Shown here: piece by piece, positions 11,432 through 22,848 of the stretch
Position numbering within the stretch: the stretch's first letter is position 1
Layout: each line of letters begins with the position of its first letter
Origin: Lepidodermella squamata
Taxonomy: Eukaryota; Animalia; Gastrotricha
Assembly (NCBI GenBank): GCA_047495785.1
Contig: JBLDXI010000009.1
Coordinates: forward strand, 1,736,001-1,800,000
Direction of reading: 5' to 3'
DNA length: 64,000 nucleotides
Program-made: the position numbers and the translations under genes
Notes under the pieces: model-generated
The model's database searches: none
Told to the model about the DNA's origin: nothing
Seen by the model: only the letters and a program-made list of their open reading frames with translations

Positions 11432-13251
11432 TTACAACTCTTGGTGGCGAAGAGGTTCTTCGAACGGGGAGTCTCGATCGACAACAGTGATATCGATAAC
11501 GTTGCCGTCTTTATCGACCGGCGGGGGTGGAACGGTATATTCGGGCGGTGATCGAGGGAACATGCGTTCATGTGGTGTAATCATTCGAATTTGTCCCGTA
11601 TATTGTTGCGGATATTCGTTACTTAAATACAGGTTATAAGCAGTTTCGCCGTCGAGATCATTGAACGAATGAAATGTGACAGATTTTTTGAAGCGAATAG
11701 CCTCCCACGGGTAGTCGAGAGGCGAGCCTTGGTGAAACAACGGGCTGTGAATCATCTTGAGGCCGATTTGCGTCATGCATAGGCCCAGCATCTGATGACA
11801 AATAAATAACACGTGATGAGTGTGATCTCAGTATGAATCATCATTTACCATGTCATCAGTATCTCGCAAGCTGCAATAGCATTCGTTTATCATTCTAGCA
11901 ACCGCTGTTCGGCTGAAAGCGATGCTGAAAAATTAGGAAATAAAATGAATTATTTCGATCAAGAAAAAAGTTAATACCCAGCTCCACCGGTCATGAAGTC
12001 GTAGGCTTTGAAAGGACTGCCCTCAACGTAAGGCCAGTGATTGAACCCGTATCTCTGGCCAACAATGAGCGGTTCAATGTCAACGCCTGCCATGTCAGAT
12101 TTCGCCTCAGTAGCCACCCCGTTTTCCATGAGAACATACTGCGAGTAGCGCTGTAGAACTCGAGCCATTCTCGTCGTATTCACCAGGGTGTCGTCATCGA
12201 CTAGAACCAACCATTTGCATTTCGCGCTGTCCTTCTCGTGAAATTCTTTCAAAATGTGCAGAGTTTTCTCGCAGTGACCGCGATCGACGTTAGGAATAGT
12301 CGGCGGCACGCCAACCGTGCCATCCTCAGTTGACGCGAGGTCGCTGTAGAATTTGACCCTACTCTTCAACGCGCTCGCCTTAGCCCAGGTCGCACGCAGC
12401 GTTTTCACCCGGGTCTCATGATTGCCGCGATGAGTTTTCACGGCGTAGCAGATCTCGCTACCAGGCAGTTCTTCCTTCTCCATGTAATCATCCCAGTCAA
12501 GTTTAACAGCGCACTTTTTCTGCTCAGGCTCAGTCATTGCCTTCCAATGAGTGCCGCACAGCGATGATTCATTCTTCACCGTGATATGGCCTTGAAATTT
12601 CTCTCGAATAAGCTTAGTCAACTCGTAAGGAATGTCGATATTATTCGGGTTGGGCAGGTGCATCGAATAGTCACCGCCATCAATCAAGTTTGTCATCAAA
12701 TGCCGACTCATCAATATGCCAGCGGACATGTCCGGATATTCAGGTGGAGTTTCACTTCCAAAGTCACTGAATTGATAGTGATGAATGATACTTGGGCGAG
12801 AATCGCGAATAGTTCGGGCTAGAAACAGGGCCTTAGATGGCGCGTCGTGATTCAGTAACATATCCATCATTTTCTTTAGGTCAATCTTCGCGAATTCGCT
12901 GGTTAGATAGAACCAGTTAGCCTTAGGAAACTGCGCGATTAATAAGTTGGACAAAGGTTGGATAGTCCAGCCACCGTGGGGGAGAGTTTTCGCAAAATCA
13001 GGGTACAACATAGTGACTCGAAGCTGTTTTGACCATTCCTTAGCGGCTTGGGCCAACAGATTTGACTGCAACTTCTTCGCAAATTCAATGTGAGACGCGT
13101 GATTTTCGTTCATTATCACAACGACAAGGTTGACCATGTAAGGCGTCACTCCGCCATTAGTTTTTGCCGCGGCAACTGCTGTATCATTCACATTTCCTTC
13201 CTCTGCGATCGAGGTCGCAATTAATAAACAAATTGAGAGATAAAATTGCAT
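11432..13251 (-). CDS. B3GLCT: Beta-1,3-glucosyltransferase (Fringe-like GT31)
   Basis: Signal peptide MQFYLSICLLIATSIA. Motifs: GGWTIQPL, SIIHHY, YAVKT, GHCEKT, WLVLVDDDTL (DxD), TGGAGIAFS, DTDDMMLGLC, HSPLFHQ and VTFH. The C-terminal HQEL is an ER-retention-like signal. Two short introns lie near 11.8-12.0 kb. Confidence 0.9.
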
Positions 13252-13257
13252 CTTATT

Positions 13258-13308
13258 CTAACATGAAAATCGCAAAATTTAGTGTTTCTGAATTCACTGT
13301 AATTTATT
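13258..13308 (-). promoter_or_regulatory. Putative intercistronic element: Polycomblike poly(A) signal and acceptor for B3GLCT
   Basis: AATAAA at 13308-13303, a 42-nt spacer, TAG at 13260-13258, then the ATG 6 nt downstream. Confidence 0.6.
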
Positions 13309-13917
13309 TAGAAACAATTTTAATCTTCGATTCTGACACGTTCGGCTGGAATAAAAAAGCAGTTTGGTTCACCTTCAACTCAATGTTCTGTTCAGTAATT
13401 ACATTAGGCCCTCAGAACAAATAGTGGGAGTATAACATAAGGTAATAAGCTTCAAAACTAGTTTCAGAGTTAAACCTTGAAAAGATAGAGAGAGACAAGA
13501 AAACACCGGAGCAAGTTGAGGAAATGGCTTTTTATCAGATAAAAAAACTAACACCAGGTGGTCTAATGATGAAAAACAAATCGGTTCATAATTATGATAT
13601 TATGATAACGACAAGACGCTTTGCTTGGATAGCAATAAAAAAGAAAGGTCACCAGAGACTGTTCCGCAGCCCAACAAACAAATAAGTATGACGCAACTTC
13701 ATTGCACGGCAACAACAACAATCACCATCGATCTGTTCAAGATTAATTCGAACAAATAAGTGAAACGCTCGAACAAAATGTTACAACAAAGCCAAAATAA
13801 TGATAACAATAGTACAAAAAATTGATCTAAAAAATCATCATCATCTTTTTCAGTTTTTCAAACTGCTGACGGCAACTGAAGATCAAGCGGGTAAAAACAA
13901 CCTCGATTTTACTCATT

Positions 13918-16157
13918 TTATAGCACCATTGCGATCGGACTGATAGAAGAAATGCTGGCTCCGTCGCTGCTGTTGTTGCTCTGGCGCCGGTTGACATCCG
14001 CCGAGGCCGAGATGCTATGAAGTGGTCGATAAGCTTTACGTTTCTTCGCCCCAACCAGCCCGGATGATGGCGAATTCGACGAAGCGGCACTGCCCGCCGG
14101 GGATGGGTAGTCGCTTCTCAAATGGTGTACCAACGCAAATTCACCCCGCCCAATATTGAAATAAGTATCAGTTGGGATGGTCACGCTTATCGGCTTGGTA
14201 TAAAGCGGGAAAGAAGGCATCAACCGGTAGAAAGGGGCGGCATTGACCTCCGGAATATCAGGGTGCTGCAGTGGGTTGAAGCCGGTTGTCATCAACTGCG
14301 CGACTCCGGCCATTTTCTTGAGAACTTTTTCAGTGGCAGGGTCCGGCATCAACGACTTGCCGCGACTCTTTTTCGATGACGTAGTTGTAGTTGACTGCTG
14401 ATCGTCCTGCACTGAGTTTGAAGAATCATCGACCAACGGGTCGATTGTAGACCTTTTCGAGCGTTGTCTCTGAAATAGATAGAATCATTTGAAAATTTCT
14501 TAAGGTGGCATTTTCCAGAAGACTAACCATGTGCCTCGAACCATTTCCATTAGCGGCCGTTTTAATTTCTGGTAATTTTCGCGGATTGATTGCCCTAGAT
14601 TTGAGCTGACACCATGGGTCAGTATGGGCACCAGGTGTAGGTGAGGATGATTTATTTGGCTGCCCGCTGAAAGATGACACAAAGCGTGGGGAAGACTTGA
14701 TAACGTCTGAAATCAGTTCAATCCACTGCGCGTCAGTGGTTGGCACCGCTGCTTCGTCACTTGCCTGTCAATTTTCGTCATAGATTACTCTTAATTTCTA
14801 GGACGAATCGAACTTACCATGACGTAGCGCTTGTGATTTTCCTTCATCCAAGGCAAAATGTTGGTTTTGATTGACACCTTTGCTTTACCTTCCGCGATGT
14901 TGAGCATGCAAATTGCCACAAGATCTTGCCTGTGAAAAGACAAAATAAATTTGAATTCAATTTAAATTTTTAAATTTTCTTTCAAAGATTTTCTTCCTTA
15001 GAATATATTTTTTCAAATTGTCCAAAGCCCAAAAGAGGGCAGCTTGCCAAGAGATTAATTATAACCCAAAAAATAATTTCAACGAGGAAATTTAAAATTT
15101 TCGGGAATTGAACCACGGACAAGGAAATTACCATGAAATAGGGAAGCGTTCGAGGGCATCAAATCCGTCCGGACTGCAGCGAGCGCAGGTGTATGAGAAG
15201 AATGTGTCATAGTGAAATTTTTCGAGCTCTGGCACTACAATCGGTGTTTTATTCGCCGTTTTGCTGCTCAGAATAACCGAAGCTCGTACGCAATTTTCGT
15301 GGAACCATTGTCGACAGGCGCCGCACTGGAACGCCTCCATGTGCCATTTGGCTGGGCCGCCGCAGTAGCAGTAGCAATTCTGCTCGTTGGCCGAGTGATT
15401 CTCTTTCCACATCAAATCGTCCAACGAATAAGGTAGGTGGCACTTCGAGTACTCGAATAAGCTGAAAAGCGCGGCATGTTGCTGGAATATCAAGTCGCGT
15501 TTCGCCAAGTTCGCCTTCGATGTGCCCATCAATTTGTCTTTTTCGTCCTTCACAATTTTGGCGACATGCATGAACGCACACGTGCGGCACATGAATTTCG
15601 ACGCGCCGCCGTGAAGTGCGAGATATTCTGGAGTTATGCGAGGGACGTGACAAGATTCGTGATAGTTCCAGCCGCAATCGTAGCATCGGAATAACTGCTC
15701 TTTCGATTTAGCTTCGTCTATCGCGGCTCGCTCGGCAGCTGGCAAATGGCGAAGTTCGGCTTTTCGAAGCAAGCAGTGCGAGCAAGTTGAGACATCCCAT
15801 GAATGCACATCCATCCGAACGTCTTTAACGTCCGCCCACGCCCGCGTGCTGTCTTCGTACCGCAAATACATCCTGCGACCCGAAACATCGACCTAATAGT
15901 AAGATTAATTCAATTTAATAGAGATTACGATGAGAAATCGATCGAAGTTATCGAGAGCGAGGTGTGAAATTATTATCTAGGTAAATATTTACCTTTTCTA
16001 CTGTGGCTAGGAAACCCTGGCCGTCTCGCCATCGCGATAGCACGCAATCCCCAGGGTCAAATTTGAACATGATTCCGTCGACAAATTCTTCGACTTCGTC
16101 GGCACTCGAGTCATCGCCTGGCTTGCCTTTGGACTTTTCTCCTTTAGAACTAGTCAT
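13918..16157 (-). CDS. Pcl: Polycomblike (PHF1/MTF2/PHF19 family): Tudor, PHD1, PHD2, winged helix
   Basis: Tudor GDCVLSRWRDGQGFLATVEKVD...RYEDSTRAW. PHD1 CSHC...CYDCGWNYHESCHVPRI...CRTC. PHD2 CYCYCGGPAKWHMEAFQCGACRQWFHENC. Then RFPISWQDLV, the start of the EH/winged-helix region. Confidence 0.9.
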
Positions 16158-16685
16158 TTTCGTGATATCCACGACCGGTATTAAAAAAGCAGCACGATTT
16201 CAATAAATGAAAAATGATCTTCCTAATATTTACGGAATGAAGAATTGAATTAAAAACCGCAAATTAGCTCAAGAGTGCAACGATGTTGTCAGTTTTAATA
16301 AAATTTGACAAGTGTCATCGAGAAATATTTGCAATAATAACGACTTTCCAAGACCTCATTTTCCAGCAGTCAAAGGTCCTATACATTGTTACTAACCTTG
16401 GTAGCCCGAATACGGCGGCAGAAAACAAGACATAAAAATTAAATAAAGCCGCCATCAAACAACGATTATTATTATTATTAGCCCTTCACCTAGAGCCTTT
16501 GAGAAAATCGATAGCGCCCTCGCAGTTGCCAGTATCGGATGAATAATAAATAATAATAATTTCACAGTAAAGCATGGTATAAGAAAATAAGAGAGATAAA
16601 GAGAGTGGAATGAATGATGTATATTTTATATATCATAGCATCTAATTTCGAATGATTGCACACATCCAAATTCGCACTACACACT

Positions 16686-19600
16686 CTATCGCGGTCGAAG
16701 TTTAGGAACACGTGGTTTTCCGTCCTTGCTCGAACTAGATTCAACACAGTTCGCCCAGAAGTTTGCGCATATTGCGTGAAATTGATCTGCTTCCTCGTTT
16801 TCGCTTTGAATCGACACTGTGGTTAACGGCGATCCGTTCGCCGGTCCGCTTAACAACGTACCAAGGCAAAGGGAACACACCACGTTCGTTTGAGAACTCG
16901 ATGCAGGTGTCTGCAGGGGCGTGCCCGGTCGACTTGACGTATTCACATTATTCGCGAGCTAACAAGAGAAAGATTAAGATAAAGCCAGGTTATCAATTTG
17001 TTATCAATCAAATGTTTTCCAGAGAAAATCAACTCGGGGATGTCGATAAAAACACGGAAACTTCCGATAAAAAAAAACTTGAGCAAAATTTGAAGCAAAA
17101 TTAGAAAGGTTAGGCACGCGAAATATCAGTTCCGTCTCCTCTAGACAAACTCTTTCAGAAGGACACTTGGTAATAGTAATTGAAGCCATTAAAATGAAAC
17201 AAACCAGCCATGAGGGACGCTGAAGTTTAAATTGAAAATCCGGTCATTTTTGGTAATAGGAGAGCTATTATTATTTAATTGAAGAAAATTGGGTTACGTT
17301 CCCCAAGTAACGAAAAATCTGCGCGACAATGTTTAATACTGGAGTTCTTTCAGTATTAATTCTGAATAAATCCATTTTTTAAACGCGCAGAGTCATGGTA
17401 ATAAACAAAAAAAACACAGCGGTGATGACGCAGCTCACATGAGGCGGATGATGAATAATATTGCACGTGGTAGTATTGACCTAGCTCCCGCCCACGCATG
17501 CTCGTTAGTTTAAAAAAATACTGCACGTTCACATGTACTTTGGCCAGTTTTATTCCAGTGCGAAATTTTCTTAAATGTTAGCTGGTAAGAAGGTAACTTT
17601 TTGCAATATTGACTTACGACGTCTACGACGTGTTGCGGTAATGTATCGACCAAGGCCGACCACGTTTGCTCGAACTTGACGAAGGCCTCGAGAACACCGG
17701 CCAGCGATTGATCACCCTCCGCTATTGCACGTGGCACCGCTACTTTGAGCCGGCGGACAAAGTCGCGCACTTCACGAATCGCTGAAATATTATTAATAAT
17801 AAAAATGTATCTAACCCAGCAAATACTTAGGACATGATATTGCATGAAGCGAGCAAAAATCGATACAAAGTGCGCTCACACTAGTATAAGTACTTATACT
17901 GGAAATTTCCAGGAAATCGGCGGTGATTATTAGATTACAAAACTTACAAGCCACAAATGCGCGCCCGTTCTTCGTACACATCGCCTCCATCACTACGTCC
18001 TCACCGCCCTTTGCACTCTGGAATGCTGTTATCGACTGCTGCAAAATATCGCTCGCCGCCTTCAAGCACCTTTTCAAAACATCGCTCGACGAGCCGGATG
18101 CTGTTGGAATTGAACTATTTGTTGTTAGCGGCGTTAAATTTGACGAGAAAACAGGCGGCGGTAAATTTGAGAAAGTCAAATCGTCGTCAAAAACAGAAAA
18201 ACTAGGGCCAGTTTTAGTGGTGGTATTTGCTTTGCTGGTAGAACTTGCGGCAGAGCTATCGAAAACGTCGAATGACATTGTCTGAAAGTCGTTTAGACCA
18301 CCGCTAGGCGGTGGCGCCGACGATAAATTGAGCGAATCGGCGCGATGAAAATCTGTGAAGTCATCCTCATCGTTATCATCCGGTTTAGAAAATGATTCCT
18401 GCTTGAAAGCAGCAGGTTTGGAAGCACTGAAAACGCCATGTATAGGAAGTGACTGACTACTATCAGGAGGCAATTTCGCCAAATCTAGACTAGAAACCGA
18501 CGCAGTTTCCGCACCAGTATCCGCACGGCCTCTTAAGCTGGGCGAAGAATTACGAGTTCTGTTCAGCTGATCATTCGACTCGCTTTCGGGTAGAATGGTC
18601 GGTAGAGGCATTTCAAAGGATGAGAAAAATTGTCCATCCAAGTCAGACACGGGTTCAGTTCTTTCAGTCGTACGTAAAGCCGCAAAATTCGATGATGTCA
18701 ATGTCTCTTCAAAGACAGACGATGCCGCCAACATCGGCGGCTCTACATGCAAACTTGGTTTGCTAGGCTGAGGTGATGTGTCAGAGGAAACAGATAAGGG
18801 TCGCGGGGGAGTCGGTGATTCATCATTAAATGCAACAACATCTGGAGGTTGATCCAGTAGAGAGTCAAAGTTTACGTCATAATTAGGTTTCGGTTTAGTG
18901 TTCAGCGAAAAGCTGTCGATTTTCGGAATTGTAACTGCTTGTTCAACAACAACAGGACTGGCTTCGGCAATGTTTTTGGTCGGCTCGGTTGATTTTACAG
19001 CAGGAGCAGACGTTACTATCTCGTCGCTCCAAATGTCAATATCAGTTGCGGAAGTGAAAGACGGAAGGCTGTTCGATGGTTTTTCTCCGGAAGGTGGAGC
19101 CATTATTGGATTCACGCCAGCAGGAGTTTGAGGTGGGGCAGGAAATGAAAAAGAAGCGCCGGAAATCGGGGGCGCTTGATACGAAACAGCGGAAAAGTCA
19201 GCCCAGTCATCCTCCTCTGATTTCGCCGTTGTCTGACTTACGATTTCATCACTCTTCGGGAATGCAGGCAAAAACTTAGCCTGTGGAACTGACAAAACTG
19301 GGGTCTGTTCAACGAGCTGTTCATCAAATAAATCAGTCTGTTTCTGATTATTTTTTGATGGCAAAGGATGTGGAATTGACAGAACTGGACTCTTTTCAAC
19401 AGGGTGTTCATCGAATAAATCAGGCTGCTTCTGGTTATTTTTTGATGGTAAAGGATGTGGAACTGGCAGAACTGGAACCTTTTCAACGGGCTTTTCATCG
19501 AATAAGTCAGGCTGCTTCGGGTTATTTCTCGATGGGAAAGGTTCCAAAGTTATTTCAGCTAGCTCGGGAGACGGGCTTTCAAGGTCACGAAATGCGGCGT

Positions 19601-20940
19601 ATTTATCGCCTGCGGACGGTTCGGGGGGCTTAATAAATTCAGGCTTACTGCTTGACTCGGTTGAAATTTTCGGAGCGTCCACTGACTGGAAACTTTGAAA
19701 ATCGTCGAAATCATCGCCAGTTGAAGTAGCAGCAACAGGCTGTTGATGAGTCGCCGGTGCCGGAATAGATGAAAATGTAACTGCTGAAGGGAATGAGGGC
19801 TGAGTTGGAACAGCCATTTGTGGGAAAGAACCTATTTGCGCCTGAGGTTGGGTTGGGAAACTAGAAACAGGCGGAGGTGTCGCTACGGGCGCTTGTTGAA
19901 TAATTATCGGAGCCGATTGAAGCGTCAATAAATGATCCACGCCGCTAAAATGCACACCCTGTCTAGTTAAAATGACCAACGCTACGGCTTCGATGAACTC
20001 GCGTCTCGTTATTTGTCCGTTAGGTAAAGTTCGACGAGTCAGCAGTAGAATGGACGAACAACGTGCGTAATCAACTCCAAAATTAGAAAGAGCGCTCATG
20101 ACTTTTTGCAGATTGGGCAAATTATCAGGCGTGTCAGCGCAAACAAACTGCAGCAGCTGCTGATAAACCGGAGGCAAGGACGTAACACCTTCATCTTTGA
20201 GCCAAAATGGAGTTTGAAGAGTGACTCGAGTTCTCTGCTCTTTATCGCGGCTTTTATTGGTGACCGTGGGTTGAGGAGGCTGTTTAGGCTGAATCGACAA
20301 GTCACACATTGCCATCATCGTTTCCTCGAGCGACTTTTTTGGGGTGACTGGCGCTGCAACTGGCAAAGTTTGTTGAATTTGCGATTTTTGCTGAATCGGT
20401 GGTGAATTAGTAGATCTCGGAGGTTCATAAGGGGGAGGCGCCGATAGATTAACTATGGATGAATCAGATCTAGGAATATTGGTCTGAATTGAAGGGGCTC
20501 CAGAGGCTTCGCTTTGACCAAATTCGCCAAAGAGCGATTTTGCGTAAGCATCCGCATCGATTTGGGTTTTGGTCAGAGCTCCGAAATTCTTCATTTTTCT
20601 TTGCTGTTCCATAAATTGACGCTTTTTCAGCGCTTCTACCGGATCTTCCATTACAGGCCTTTGCTGAACAGGCATTGAAGGGAACCCGGCAGGCCTACAT
20701 AGACATTTTAACGATAAGAGTTTGAACGGCAAAAAATTGAAGGTATTACCTGGCTTGGAATTGCATGCTATTTGGAGCCATCGAAAATTGCTGATAAGGC
20801 GGAGCAATTCCTCCACTTTGATTAATGGGGTTCGCCATTCCAAGTTGCGGGTTCATTTGATTAAATTGATTCATCTGATAAATCTGCGGATTCTGAATGT
20901 CTGGACGAGGAGCTTTCGAAAACGCGCCAAACTCATCCAT
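16686..20940 (-). CDS. SYNRG: Synergin gamma (AP-1 gamma-ear binding protein)
   Basis: M/Q/P-rich N-terminus, EH-like region (LPPVYQQ...LTRRTLPNGQITRREF), DKYAAFRDL, and several DDF/WxDF ear-binding motifs. The C-terminal exon CSLCL...FHAICANFWANCVE matches the synergin end YHASCANFWINCVE. Exons approximately 20940-20749, 20694-17948, 17781-17618 and 16958-16686. Confidence 0.88.
19283..19536 (-). repeat. Three coding 87-nt (29-aa) tandem repeats in synergin gamma
   Basis: PS(R/K)NN(P/Q)KQ(P/T)DLFDE..VE..PVL..P is repeated three times at the protein and DNA level. Confidence 0.9.
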
Positions 20941-21024
20941 TGGTAATTATTGTTAATTAATCGCCTAAAATTATAGAAAAAATGGAGTAAAATCTGAATC
21001 AACTTTGTAAAAACACCAGTAAAA

Positions 21025-22374
21025 TTAATCAGAAGAAGATAGTGAGAAAACTGAAAAAGTATCGCTATTTGAGATTTCTTCATCCGAGCTCCTTACCGGA
21101 ATATCTTCAACGATATCGTTAACAACAACAAAGCGACGCGTGGCGTCTTCAATCTTGAACAAGGATTTTCCGGCCAAGTAAGCTTCATTTGACATTCGAT
21201 AGCACGATGTTTCCAAAGGATTGCATATTGAAAGACCGCGTTGAATTGTACAGTCGAGCTCAAACGTGAGCAAATTGAAAATGAAAGAAACGCGAGGAGC
21301 TAGGCTGGAAACATATGATATTAACATACAGTCGGCATTGGCAGAGACCCCAAATTCAACTAGATTATCTGTTGTCTTTAATGAGAGCTGTGCCTGCCTA
21401 ACGAGGATAATAGACGAATCTTCAATTGACTCGATATCACGGGTTTTTAAATACGCATTGAGACATTCGCAGCAAGTCGGAATCAAGTGACAGCTGGGGC
21501 GAAAGTCTCCGATAACAACGGCAAGCTGCGTTTCTCGCGTATGTGAGCATGACCCAGAAAATCTGAATTCACGACGAACGTTCGGGTGCAAGTATGCGAC
21601 CATTGATGAAGACAGAGTGAAATGCGAGAGGGCTCTTTGGTCCGATACTCCGTTTTGTTCCTCCTCGATCATTTCGAAGAGATCGGCGAATCTACCCAGG
21701 TCACATGCGTAAACAGAGGCCAAGAAGAGGACATTGTTATCAGGATTGAAACCAGTCCAAATGACGTCATAAAAAGGTGTGGCATCGGAAATTGAGTGAT
21801 TCCAAGCTATCAAATTAGACTTCAATTCGGACTGGAATTTTACGTTGACCGCTGGTAGTCTTACGCAAAATTTATGCCGATGGCATGTGTTGTTGCTAGA
21901 CATAGGTTTGCACAACTGACAGGTGATGATATCAGGCAATCGTGACAGCAATACTTGAAAACTGGATGACTGCGGATCGCCTTCTACCTCCGAAACCAAG
22001 TGAGAAATAACATAATCATCGACGTTTTCAAATTGGAGCACGTCGATTCTGGGACTTTGGTTATGTATTGAGGTACGAAGCAGAGGCACGGCCAAGACGG
22101 CTGATTTCAAATTCATGAATTCGAATAAAATTAGTTGGACGTAACTAGATATCCAAGATATCTCCGAATACCACAAGACAGCAAGGAACGGGTAGCTTTT
22201 CGGTGCATGAATGAATCCAATAACCACAGAAGACTTCTCAGGATCTACTCCAGAACCTGCCTTGAATAGCCTCGAAAGTGCCAAAGTTTTAATACAGCTA
22301 CCCAGAAATTGTTGCTTAGACGAACCGCAGCCGATTTGTCGCTGATAAAGCAACTTCAGAAAAGGCACAGTCAT
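21025..22374 (-). CDS. DCAF15: DDB1- and CUL4-associated factor 15-like, single exon, divergent
   Basis: 449-aa ORF. The C-terminus CYRMSNEAYLAGKSLFKIEDATRRFVVV resembles DCAF15 [29 protein letters not shown]. The N-terminal RQIG...VIGF fits the family start. An acceptor lies 15 nt before the ATG. Confidence 0.65.
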   Translation of the reverse strand: MTVPFLKLLYQRQIGCGSSKQQFLGSCIKTLALSRLFKAGSGVDPEKSSVVIGFIHAPKSYPFLAVLWYSEISWISSYVQLILFEFMNLKSAVLAVPLLRTSIHNQSPRIDVLQFENVDDYVISHLVSEVEGDPQSSSFQVLLSRLPDIITCQLCKPMSSNNTCHRHKFCVRLPAVNVKFQSELKSNLIAWNHSISDATPFYDVIWTGFNPDNNVLFLASVYACDLGRFADLFEMIEEEQNGVSDQRALSHFTLSSSMVAYLHPNVRREFRFSGSCSHTRETQLAVVIGDFRPSCHLIPTCCECLNAYLKTRDIESIEDSSIILVRQAQLSLKTTDNLVEFGVSANADCMLISYVSSLAPRVSFIFNLLTFELDCTIQRGLSICNPLETSCYRMSNEAYLAGKSLFKIEDATRRFVVVNDIVEDIPVRSSDEEISNSDTFSVFSLSSSD

Positions 22375-22424
22375 TGGCAGGCCAAATTACTACAACAAAT
22401 ACAATGAAGAGATAAAATACCGGT

Positions 22425-22848
22425 TCAATGATTCCTGAATATTAATATCAAAATCGCAAAACAGGATGTCCGTGTTGTTGAACGAGAATAATAGAGAGCT
22501 GACCAAGATCAACAAACAATACAGTCAAGAGCTGACTAACATCGGAAACTTAAGCCGACGAGTTTCAGCACCATAGATTTCTCAATTACTCCAGAACCTG
22601 ACCGTAAAAACCCAAACTTTATGAATTAATGCGATTCGCGGGCAGATGACTGAAATTCACGTCCCACGTCACTATCACGAAAAAAAGCCAAAAGTCGAGT
22701 GCTTTCTGGAGGGTATATCGACGCGTTACAAATAGAATATATTAAGCTGTTACAGAAGTTAGCTGCAAACAACGCCGGGCATCAATTCCTTACCAGTTAC
22801 CTGTAGTAAACTGTCAGTCAACAATTTCAAGCTTTGGGCCTCGGTCAT
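22425..22848 (-). CDS. Possible small spliced gene (~95 aa) with a degenerate EF-hand-like segment
   Basis: Three phase-1 GT-AG introns (31, 63 and 42 nt) can be joined in frame to give MTEAQSLKLLTDSLLQVT...LAFFRDSDVGRSGVIEKSMVLKLV... The 31-nt intron is unusually short, so the model is tentative. Confidence 0.25.

Noticed and set aside
16686-16946. 86-aa ORF as a separate gene
   Set aside because: It is the last exon of synergin gamma (HAICANFWANCVE motif, phase-0 acceptor).
17782-17947. ORF tail KYLLG matching human synergin EYLLG as an alternative exon extension
   Set aside because: The direct splice (GRAFVASIREV) already aligns to that segment, and the alternative needs a 34-nt intron. 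Probably coincidence.
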